From a virus (taxonomy: Duplodnaviria; Caudoviricetes): a DNA stretch of 53,276 nt. The DNA lies in the IMG/VR virus record IMGVR_UViG_3300034152_000987, positions 1-53,276 of that record; one strand, 5' to 3'. Below are positions 1 through 8,428 of this stretch, piece by piece. Numbering within the stretch: the first letter of the stretch is position 1; each line of letters starts with the position of its first letter. The notes beneath the pieces are model-generated. The model worked only from the letters and a program-made list of their open reading frames with translations. It made no database searches and was not told where the DNA came from. Both the position numbers and the translations under genes were made by a program.

Positions 1-7
1 ACCTCGA

Positions 8-3000
8 TTAAGAATGTTTTTTCCTAAACACGCAAGTTGACACCACCCAATCCACGTCAGTGGAAGGAATGTCCAAAAACACCCAATTGCCAGACGCTAT
101 GGTTGAGTCGTCTATGTCGGTTGTCTCAACCTCAGCGTAACTTCCAGAAGCCGTGGTTGAAACGTCTTCAATCGTGGAGCTGAATGACAACGGATCCCCT
201 GACCACTCTTCAAACCCCATAGTGTAAGAAGTTCCTTCTGACAACTGAATCGACACCGCAATCACGTCTACGCCGTTTGGATAAATTCTGTCATTGACGT
301 GAAACATCGGCACTTGAGTGTTGACCTGGTCAGGTTCAAATATAGTCATTTCTTTAGATTCTAATGAACGATCAATCGCTCCTGACACAGTGGTAATTAA
401 ATCATCAACTTCAGATTCAGTGTAATACCTATTGTCCAACTGACCGTTGTCTAATTCTGTTTCTGTGTAGTACCTTGCGTCACCTCGGGCATCGGTGTGA
501 TATTGTGGATGATCGTCATCTGTTAGTCCAGACAAATTACCATGATCTATGCCACTTCCAGTAACAAGATCATATTCATTGCCTAAATCATCCAATGCAA
601 ACACTGAGGACTCTTTTCCACAGCTCCAAGAACCAGACATTGTTGTAGAATAAAACACCTTAGCACTAGATATTTCATCAGACGTACAACAACCAGAAGC
701 AAAAAACGTATGGTCATCATCATAACAAATACAATACGCATTACCATCAGAATACAAGGAATCCATTAAAACACTAGACCAACTTCCACTAGGATCGCTT
801 GTAAACCATGCTTTTGGATATGAGTCATTACCACCACCAGAATCTCCAACAACTATATAACTGGCGCCATCATGAATTATAGAATAACCATGTCCTCCAG
901 AAGCTATTTCTTTGTCCACCCAACCTTCTGATAAAGAGGATGAATACCATACTTTAACTGGACCATACGGGTTGGCGCCTTCTCCAACAATGACGTATTG
1001 ATTAGAACCATTATATGCTATCGAAGTCCCCCTTATATCATTAATACCGTCGTATTCAATCTGTTTGGTAGACCATGAACCACTAACTGACGTTGAATAC
1101 CAGATATCACAAGAACTTTTGTATCCTTGCCGATCAAAATTTTGTCCGCCGCATATTACATAGTTGGTTCCGTCATACAAAAGATCGCGACCGGAGCCGA
1201 AGTTTCCTCCTCCACTGTCAACACGAGTTGAACCCCACGTGCCAGATAAAGTTGAAGAATAATAACAATAAACAGCTTCAACTCCAGCATAAGTGCCGGC
1301 AACTACGTAAAGCCCATTGTCACTGTCATAAATCATTCCATATGGAGTAAAAGAAGCAAGATCGCTGTTATAAATAGTACTACTATTCCAAGTACCGTCT
1401 AATGTATCAGAATAAAAAACTTTTGCTTGATAAACAAAAGGATTTCCATCATTAGGGATTACTCTACTACATATGAAATAATTACTGCCATCATGTCCAA
1501 TAGCAGTAGGGTAACATCTACCAGATGAATAAACATCATTATATTGCCAATTACCATTTAAAGCAGTAGTGTACCACACTCTTACCCATGTATTACTTAG
1601 ATTAACAGTATAACCACCAACAACAACGTAATAAGGATCATTAAAACAACAAGAATAACCACTAGATGCATTGGATACTTCCAAATGAGCTATCTGCCAT
1701 TCGTCCAAAACAACAGGAACGCTAGTTCCATATTCTCTCACATACAACTTCCAAAAATCACTGTCAGTTGTAGGAATTGAATTGAGTTTTCTTAAACCAA
1801 TGTCACCTTGCACCGTCAATATTGAATCATTTGCATTGGAATAACCGCCAGCTATAACATTACCAGACCCTTTTATATCGCCATATTTGTAATCTATGTC
1901 ATCTCCATCGGTTCTTGGTGTTAAAGCAGTTCCAACTCTATCCCACAAATGAACTGTACCAGAAAGAGTGCTAATGGTGTTGTTTATATATTCCTTGGTG
2001 TGGTATCTACCATCAGGATTCCATTTTCTAAACCAACCTGAAGACCATGACGTCAACGTGTCAAATCCAGCTGGAGCGGGGTAAGCAAAACCAGTGGCTC
2101 CAAAATTCGCTGTAAACACGTCGTCTGTCCTGTGCGGCGCGGCGCATGGATACATAGTGCCAGTTAAACCAGAAAACGCTTCCCCAGCGCCTGTTTCTGG
2201 ATCACCGCCTCCTTGCCAAACTCCGTTCTTTGCAAACCAAACCTTACCACTGTCCATGTCCAACGCAATTCCTATGACGTCGTCAGTGGAATAGGTGTCA
2301 CCATAATCGTATCCAGAGCTGTTAAAATAAATTTTACCGTCAGTTTCAGAATAACCCCAACTGTTTGCATTCCAACCGCATAGTTGAGACATTGCTGCGG
2401 AACCATTGGCAATTCCTAAATAAGAAGTGCCGACCAAGTCTTCTTGAGTATAAGTGATTTCCCAATACCATTTGCCACTGGACACCCCATCTGTCGCTCT
2501 CACAGAATTGGTAAAAAGGTCGTTGGAAGAACAAGTTAAATTTCCATTTGACAAATCTATTCCAGCGTCTTTGTCGTCTGGGTTCCAAGTGCATGAATGG
2601 GTAACGTATCTTTCTTTTTTGAAAATGTCTCCATCGTCCCTGTCAAGATAATAATCTTTGTAAGCGCCTAAGGTTCCAGATGGAGTGCCGGCCCCGTCGT
2701 GCCAAACTGGAATTCTGTCTATCGCTTCCTGCAAAGACCCAGAAACAGAAGTCACAACGCTCCAAATGCCTTCATCAGAAGCTTGGTACAACCCTGAATT
2801 AAAACCAGCCGGCACGGAATGACTGAACGCCGACTGACCAAAATTGGCCCGCAACTGAGCGCTTCCAAAGTATTCATTTGCCATTGGGTAAATCGTGCCT
2901 GTTATCCCGCTAAAAGCTTCATTTGTTCCATTGGCCGGATCTCCAGACGCCTGCCAAACTCCGTCTTTTGCCCACCATATCTTGCCGTTGTCCATGTCAA

Positions 3001-3550
3001 GGGCAACGCTTATAATGTTTGTTCCAGTAAAAGTGTCTCCAAACGCCGTACTATCGCCATCGTCATATTTATTTCCATTAAACCCAAAATAACTTTTACC
3101 ATCGGTTTCATAACAAAAATCTACGCCATCAAAACCAGTGCTGTCAGACCCAATTCCTATGTGCCACCTGTTGCCATAAGCCGCAGCAGGATCTAATTCC
3201 CAATACCACTTTCCTGAAGACACGCCGACAGAACCTTTTATTGATCCAACCCCATTGCCGTATTTTACAGCATTTAGGCCTCCGGACACAAAAAAATACT
3301 CATCCATGTCAGAGTTGTCTGGGTCCCACACGCAGTAATTAACGACCACGTCTGGAGACATTTTGTACACGTCTCCAGTGTCCCTGTCGTAATAATAATC
3401 ACCAGGCACTGCGTTTCTTCTTGAATTGGTGCCTGACACAGTGCCGGTTGGGGGGCCATAACCGTCATACAACACTGAGTACCTAACGTCAGCGTCGTTT
3501 ATTTCCTCCCCAGTGGTTATGTTTATTAGACCTTTGATTTCGTTAGCCAT
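8..3550 (-). CDS. Large modular virion/tail protein: two SPRY/concanavalin-like domains plus beta-propeller-like repeats
   Basis: 1180 aa. Duplicated module GVSSGKWYWE...ALDMDxGKxW.AKxGVWQ...A.FG typical of SPRY/B30.2-like domains in phage tail proteins; repeated (V/C)xY(S/T)xxxxGxW blades; DHGNLSGLTDDDHPQY motif; lies downstream of the head module. Confidence 0.7.
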   Translation of the reverse strand: MANEIKGLINITTGEEINDADVRYSVLYDGYGPPTGTVSGTNSRRNAVPGDYYYDRDTGDVYKMSPDVVVNYCVWDPDNSDMDEYFFVSGGLNAVKYGNGVGSIKGSVGVSSGKWYWELDPAAAYGNRWHIGIGSDSTGFDGVDFCYETDGKSYFGFNGNKYDDGDSTAFGDTFTGTNIISVALDMDNGKIWWAKDGVWQASGDPANGTNEAFSGITGTIYPMANEYFGSAQLRANFGQSAFSHSVPAGFNSGLYQASDEGIWSVVTSVSGSLQEAIDRIPVWHDGAGTPSGTLGAYKDYYLDRDDGDIFKKERYVTHSCTWNPDDKDAGIDLSNGNLTCSSNDLFTNSVRATDGVSSGKWYWEITYTQEDLVGTSYLGIANGSAAMSQLCGWNANSWGYSETDGKIYFNSSGYDYGDTYSTDDVIGIALDMDSGKVWFAKNGVWQGGGDPETGAGEAFSGLTGTMYPCAAPHRTDDVFTANFGATGFAYPAPAGFDTLTSWSSGWFRKWNPDGRYHTKEYINNTISTLSGTVHLWDRVGTALTPRTDGDDIDYKYGDIKGSGNVIAGGYSNANDSILTVQGDIGLRKLNSIPTTDSDFWKLYVREYGTSVPVVLDEWQIAHLEVSNASSGYSCCFNDPYYVVVGGYTVNLSNTWVRVWYTTALNGNWQYNDVYSSGRCYPTAIGHDGSNYFICSRVIPNDGNPFVYQAKVFYSDTLDGTWNSSTIYNSDLASFTPYGMIYDSDNGLYVVAGTYAGVEAVYCYYSSTLSGTWGSTRVDSGGGNFGSGRDLLYDGTNYVICGGQNFDRQGYKSSCDIWYSTSVSGSWSTKQIEYDGINDIRGTSIAYNGSNQYVIVGEGANPYGPVKVWYSSSLSEGWVDKEIASGGHGYSIIHDGASYIVVGDSGGGNDSYPKAWFTSDPSGSWSSVLMDSLYSDGNAYCICYDDDHTFFASGCCTSDEISSAKVFYSTTMSGSWSCGKESSVFALDDLGNEYDLVTGSGIDHGNLSGLTDDDHPQYHTDARGDARYYTETELDNGQLDNRYYTESEVDDLITTVSGAIDRSLESKEMTIFEPDQVNTQVPMFHVNDRIYPNGVDVIAVSIQLSEGTSYTMGFEEWSGDPLSFSSTIEDVSTTASGSYAEVETTDIDDSTIASGNWVFLDIPSTDVDWVVSTCVFRKKHS

Positions 3551-3581
3551 TTTAATTACCTGCCTTAATTGTGTTTTTTAA

Positions 3582-6155
3582 TTACCAAGAAGTGGCCACC
3601 GCGTGCCTTACCCACGTGTTGGTGTCTACGCACTCATACAAATACCCAGAGCCAAAATACTTCTGACCTTGAACTCCAGAAGAAGTCGGAGTTGGTTCAT
3701 AGTCAACGTATAAACCACTCATTGAGCCAGATATGGTTAAATTTCCTTCATCGTCTATGGAAGCGACTTCATTGTTGTAATAATCACAGAAAGATATTTT
3801 TCTGTGACCGTCATCAAGACCCATTCTCAGAATTGGGTGCTCCGCTTCAGCGGAAAATATGCTTTCCCTTCCTCTTGAACTTATGAACACCCTTCCGGTG
3901 GTACCAGATCCTAATTTTGTAAACATCCCAATGCGCTGAACGCTCCCAAAAGTGGGCTCCACCGTGGTCAAAGTGCCACTGCTGGTCACATAAACTCTGC
4001 TTCCCAAAGGAGATCCAGAAAACGAAGAAGTGTCCATAAACAATCTTCCAAAGCGCACCACGTATCCGTCGTCGCCGTTTGCTATGTTAGCTCTCACCAA
4101 GCCAATGCACGGCATCTTGTCACAATCCGTGTTGTCGCAAGCGGCCACTGATGGAACGGTTCCAACAAGACCGTTGACGTAAACAGGAGTCCCTCTCTCA
4201 AGAGTGGATCCAGTGTCGTTGCTGACCAACACAGCGTTGTACTTCGTGAACATTCCGTTTACGTCTTCAACGTTGTTGTCATTTAAATCCAAATCCCCAT
4301 TCACTGACAGCGCCCCGCCAAAATATGAATCTCCCGCGTTCACGTAAAAAGCCCAAGGATTGGTGATCGACATGTTGGCTCCAGCGGTTGGTGATCCATC
4401 AATGTAAACCGTGCAAGCGTCAGTTATTGTAATGGAATTGTCACCAATCATGGTGGGAATCCCGAACGAAGTGGCAGATCCTTTGTCTCTAAGACCGGGA
4501 GTGAAGTTGTCAGTTAAATTGGCCGCAGAAACGCGCAGTTGCAAACCTTCTTTTGTAATTGGAGAGTCATCCACGTTGCCCGCTATATTGACGTATTCCG
4601 CCGGCCTTGCTCCAGTTGTTATGAAGTACTGAGTGTGATCGTCAGCGTCAAGACCGGTGAGATCTGCGTGTGCCGAAGCTCCTGCAGCTCCGCTGACAGT
4701 TGTGTCAACGTAAGTCTTGACAGCCTTTTCTGTTGGTATGGCGGAATCGGAATTGTCTGTAAAAGCTCCGTCAGTGGAAAACTCATCTACGGAGTTGCTG
4801 TCTATTGTCAAATTGTTGGTTATGACGACGCTGCCTTCAAAATTCACGTCGTTTTCAACGTCAACGTCTGAATATGACGTGTAAATTTGCTTGTTCCAAG
4901 AAGTTCCGGTTATTTTGGAAAAAGTGGGAGTGGTTGCCAAAAACGAAAGGACTTCTCCTGGAGCCGTCACGTCAGACCAATTGTCTCCATAATCCTCTGA
5001 CACGCTGACTTCACCAGTGGCCGCGCAAGCGATTTGAATTTTTCCGTCGTAAGACAACTTCAAATCGTTCCACTGACGACTTTCGCCTTTCGCTGACCAA
5101 TTCTCGCCATAATCAGTGGAAACGTATATGTTGCCTCCCCACACCGCCGCAGCTTGAATGGAACCGTCGTCTGACATGCCAACCGGTTTCCAGTTTCTGT
5201 CGGAGTCTTTTGCTGACCAAGATTGTCCTCCGTCGCTTGAAACGTACAATTTACCTCCGAAGGCGCCAGCGGTGACGTAATCCCCGGAAGCTGACATCCA
5301 AATTCCATACCAAGCCTCAGACGGACCTGTGTGGTTCCAAGTTTGCCCGAAGTCATTGGAAACGTAAATGTGCCCCAAACCATTGAAAACAGCCATTCTT
5401 CTACCGCTTGAAGACATTGCCATCCCGTAAGGAACCCCAAGGACTGGACCGTAACCAACGAAAGTCTCTCCATGATCCACGGACACTTGCGTTTGACCGC
5501 CCACCACAGTCCCAGCAATGACCCTGCCGTCAGCCGACATCGCCAAAGAGTACCACTGCAACGCCGCAACCGTGAGAGTCGACCAAGTCTTTCCAGAGTC
5601 GGTCGATTTGTACAACACGGAATTGCTAACGCAAGCCACTTGAGTGACTCCGTCAGACGTCATGGCCACCCCGTTCCAGAACCTGGAGCTGTCTCTGGCA
5701 GTCCAAGAATTTCCAAAATTGGATCTTAGGGTGTAGTCGTCCTGTCTGCAAGTCATCCTGTTCACAATGACTTGTCCCCTGGAACTGCTGGCTATGACGG
5801 AATCTCCGACGTGCGCGCTTCCGCCAGAAGTGAACAACTCATCACAATAAATGTCACCGGTTCCAGAAATGGTTCCGGCTCCGTAATCTATGTTGTCATT
5901 GGCGTTTTTTGGAGTTAGGGTCGTGCCGGTTCTGTCCCAATAAGAAGAAAGGTCTGAGTGTGAATACCCAGAATCTTTTGGAAGGCCGTTTGAATCAAAC
6001 GAAACAAAGTTGTCTTCTGTCGCCCCAGCAACCCCGTAATGATCGACGACCCCGTCTATGTGGTGTTTTCTTGGGTGATCGTTCACTCCAGACGACGTCG
6101 CGGCTCCGACCATGTCCAGTTTTCTGGTAAACGGATTATAATCAAACGAAGGCAT
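3582..6155 (-). CDS. Virion/tail protein with Asp-box (BNR) beta-propeller
   Basis: 857 aa. About six Asp-box repeats S-x-D-x-G-x-T/S/N-W (STDSGKTW, SNDFGQTW, SSDGGQSW, STDYGENW, SEDYGDNW); shares WDRxGTxLTP and DDHxQY motifs with the adjacent 1180-aa protein. Confidence 0.7.
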   Translation of the reverse strand: MPSFDYNPFTRKLDMVGAATSSGVNDHPRKHHIDGVVDHYGVAGATEDNFVSFDSNGLPKDSGYSHSDLSSYWDRTGTTLTPKNANDNIDYGAGTISGTGDIYCDELFTSGGSAHVGDSVIASSSRGQVIVNRMTCRQDDYTLRSNFGNSWTARDSSRFWNGVAMTSDGVTQVACVSNSVLYKSTDSGKTWSTLTVAALQWYSLAMSADGRVIAGTVVGGQTQVSVDHGETFVGYGPVLGVPYGMAMSSSGRRMAVFNGLGHIYVSNDFGQTWNHTGPSEAWYGIWMSASGDYVTAGAFGGKLYVSSDGGQSWSAKDSDRNWKPVGMSDDGSIQAAAVWGGNIYVSTDYGENWSAKGESRQWNDLKLSYDGKIQIACAATGEVSVSEDYGDNWSDVTAPGEVLSFLATTPTFSKITGTSWNKQIYTSYSDVDVENDVNFEGSVVITNNLTIDSNSVDEFSTDGAFTDNSDSAIPTEKAVKTYVDTTVSGAAGASAHADLTGLDADDHTQYFITTGARPAEYVNIAGNVDDSPITKEGLQLRVSAANLTDNFTPGLRDKGSATSFGIPTMIGDNSITITDACTVYIDGSPTAGANMSITNPWAFYVNAGDSYFGGALSVNGDLDLNDNNVEDVNGMFTKYNAVLVSNDTGSTLERGTPVYVNGLVGTVPSVAACDNTDCDKMPCIGLVRANIANGDDGYVVRFGRLFMDTSSFSGSPLGSRVYVTSSGTLTTVEPTFGSVQRIGMFTKLGSGTTGRVFISSRGRESIFSAEAEHPILRMGLDDGHRKISFCDYYNNEVASIDDEGNLTISGSMSGLYVDYEPTPTSSGVQGQKYFGSGYLYECVDTNTWVRHAVATSW

Positions 6156-6182
6156 GTTACTCCTCCCTTATTCTATGTATTT

Positions 6183-6431
6183 TTATACCTCGGACCAAGA
6201 AGAATAATGAACAGAGTAATCGATAGTTTGATCTATAACTCCTCCCCCCGACTTCGTACCAGAAACCGTCTGTCTAAAAGTTTTCCCACCGAAAGTTTCA
6301 TCTATCTGAATCAAATCTTCATCGGAGTTGTAATACAAAACCACCTCAGGATTGAACCCCTTTTTTCCTATGTGAGCAGTGGTGGCGTAAAACCTCGCCA
6401 ACATTAAGTTTCTGTCATATGTTTCTGGCAT
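6183..6431 (-). CDS. Hypothetical protein, probably virion-associated
   Basis: 82 aa ORF with AGGAGG SD, co-oriented in the structural operon. Confidence 0.55.
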   Translation of the reverse strand: MPETYDRNLMLARFYATTAHIGKKGFNPEVVLYYNSDEDLIQIDETFGGKTFRQTVSGTKSGGGVIDQTIDYSVHYSSWSEV

Positions 6432-6466
6432 TTTATTGAATTACCTCCTGGACCAAGTATAGAACG

Positions 6467-6955
6467 TTAACTTCTAAAAGTCTGTAAATCAAGAAGTCTT
6501 TTTCTTAAAATTTGACAAAGGCTGTCCTTGCCAGGACGCGGACGGGCTTCTTGCAAAGAATATTTCAACAACTTCTCATCGTTTATCTTGGGAACGATTT
6601 CTCTCGCTTTTCTAACTGACAGACCAACCACGTCTTCAACTGAAAGTTCTTTCGTTGGAACCGGAGACGGGCTGTTGTCTATTTCAGTCTGAGTCTTGGG
6701 CGGCGCCGGTTCCTCTTCTTTTGATTTTTCAACCTTAGGTTTTGGTTCCTCGTCTTTCAGCTCTATCTTCCAATTATTTCTGTTCTGCAACTTAACCGAT
6801 TTCAACCAGTTGACAAACTGTTTGCCCCTGGCTAAGTCGTGTTTTTCTCCATATTGAACGTACAACTCCTCCAAAGAAATTTTGCCTAAAGGAGCCACGT
6901 TTCTTTTCATTGCGTGAGCCCAAGTTTTAGAAACGTTTTGAACGTATCCTTTCAT
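6467..6955 (-). CDS. Hypothetical phage protein
   Basis: 162 aa ORF with GGAGG SD and a low-complexity Pro/Lys/Glu linker. Confidence 0.6.
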   Translation of the reverse strand: MKGYVQNVSKTWAHAMKRNVAPLGKISLEELYVQYGEKHDLARGKQFVNWLKSVKLQNRNNWKIELKDEEPKPKVEKSKEEEPAPPKTQTEIDNSPSPVPTKELSVEDVVGLSVRKAREIVPKINDEKLLKYSLQEARPRPGKDSLCQILRKRLLDLQTFRS

Positions 6956-6974
6956 TTTTCAAATCCTCCTTGTC

Positions 6975-8363
6975 CTATATAAAGTTATATAAATAAGTTC
7001 TATGACCGGCGTCCCACACCCGATCATACCCTTGTCCGACCAGCGATTCAAACTCAATTTCATTCAATTCTCTCTCTTCTTTATTCTCATTCAAAAAAAA
7101 ATTCTTAATTCTTTTTCCGTTCTTAAAATAATGAGGAGCGCATTTGGTAAAACCAACAGGTTTAAAACCCAACAAATCACAATCAGTGGAGAAAAAGTTG
7201 TCGTATCTCATGTCACAATAAGATTTAACGCAACCGATCCCATGATTTTTGCAATGCTCTTTCGCCACCTCAAACAACTTTCTAGCCCCTCCAACCACGG
7301 TAAAATTTTTCTTTTCGCAAAATCTCTTCAACTCCAATTCATTGTTCAAATTGGAACGCTTTTTCACAGGGTTTGACAAACCCAAGGCGGCCACCAACTC
7401 ATCGTCGCTAAACAAACCCCAAACAACCACGAAATCAGATCCTCCTCTCACGTGATTTTCATTGAAAAAATCGTTGGCGGTCTTTGAATCAAGAGTTTTG
7501 ATGAAACAATTTCCAGCCAACGCCTCGTTGTCACTCAAACCCAAAGCGCGTTTTATTATAGAAACCACTATGTCAAATTTGTCACACGCTTCATCCTCAA
7601 AAACCGTGATCAAACGAACTCCCTTGTCCGCGCATTCTTTCATTTTGTCATAATGGTAAAATTTGTTTTTACCCGATGAAGCTTCCCCGTGCCAATACAA
7701 ACCGCACACTTCCACCGCCACCTTTAAATCATGAAAATAAACGTCCAATTCTTTTGGAGCTATGATTGAACGATCGTTGTAAATCACGTTCACGTTTCGC
7801 AAGTCCCTTTCTATGAAATCTCGCATTTTTCGTTCGGGCCGCGAAACGAAATCGTTGCCAAGGAAACATCTCAAACACCTGTTTCCGTTGTCTTTGAACC
7901 CATGATAAGTGACACAGTACTCATGACCTTTTGGGCACTCCAAGAGAACGCGACCGTTGTGGCAATTTTTAAACTCCTTGGCGGAAAGCGTTTTGTAACC
8001 AAACCTTTCAACGTGCTTTTTCATTTCCTTTATTTTATTGGCCCTGTTAAAAATTCTTTTCCTAGCCCTGTCCTTTTTCCTCGTTAAAGATCTTTTTCTT
8101 TCTGCGTTCTCAGAATTCAGCTTTCTTCTCTCTTTTTCACATTCTTCAGATCCGCAATGCGTTTTGTTTTTGTAATAAGTGCTGAACTCTCTCCCGCAAA
8201 CCAAACACTCTCTAACTCGTTTTCTAAAGTTGTTTCTTGCTCTGCTGCGATTCCTCTCGCGTTCCTTTGCAAGCAAATCCCCACAGGTTGAGCAGCGTTT
8301 TTGATTTCCAGACGTGGGGATGAAAACCAAGTTGCACCTCTCACACCTTTTCTTTTTAAGCAC
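6975..8363 (-). CDS. Free-standing Zn-finger / PD-(D/E)XK (Vsr/Hef-like) endonuclease with C-terminal GNAT-like region
   Basis: 462 aa, GTG start. Repeated CxxC ribbons, CPKGHEY, ELDVYFxxLKVAVEVCGLYWHG and GVRLITVFEDE nuclease motifs, ELKRFC...GGARKL...SYCD...WDAG C-terminus typical of phage Hef-like endonucleases. Confidence 0.7.
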   Translation of the reverse strand: MLKKKRCERCNLVFIPTSGNQKRCSTCGDLLAKERERNRSRARNNFRKRVRECLVCGREFSTYYKNKTHCGSEECEKERRKLNSENAERKRSLTRKKDRARKRIFNRANKIKEMKKHVERFGYKTLSAKEFKNCHNGRVLLECPKGHEYCVTYHGFKDNGNRCLRCFLGNDFVSRPERKMRDFIERDLRNVNVIYNDRSIIAPKELDVYFHDLKVAVEVCGLYWHGEASSGKNKFYHYDKMKECADKGVRLITVFEDEACDKFDIVVSIIKRALGLSDNEALAGNCFIKTLDSKTANDFFNENHVRGGSDFVVVWGLFSDDELVAALGLSNPVKKRSNLNNELELKRFCEKKNFTVVGGARKLFEVAKEHCKNHGIGCVKSYCDMRYDNFFSTDCDLLGFKPVGFTKCAPHYFKNGKRIKNFFLNENKEERELNEIEFESLVGQGYDRVWDAGHRTYLYNFI

Positions 8364-8376
8364 GGTTGTCCTTTTT

Positions 8377-8419
8377 TAATATTCTGTGCCCATAACGCTT
8401 GCTAGGGCACAGAATATTA
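8377..8419. other. 15-bp perfect stem-loop between capsid gene and endonuclease gene
   Basis: taatattctgtgccc (8377-8391) and gggcacagaatatta (8405-8419) are perfect inverted repeats; no U-tract follows on the coding strand. Confidence 0.7.
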
Positions 8420-8428
8420 TTGATTAAA

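Noticed and set aside
8-6155. Diversity-generating retroelement acting on tail proteins
   Set aside because: No reverse transcriptase and no template/variable repeat pair differing only at adenines was seen; the duplicated SPRY modules diverge at all base types.
8377-8419. Classical intrinsic terminator after the capsid gene
   Set aside because: On the coding strand the stem is followed by an A-run and the next SD, not a U-tract; kept only as a stem-loop.
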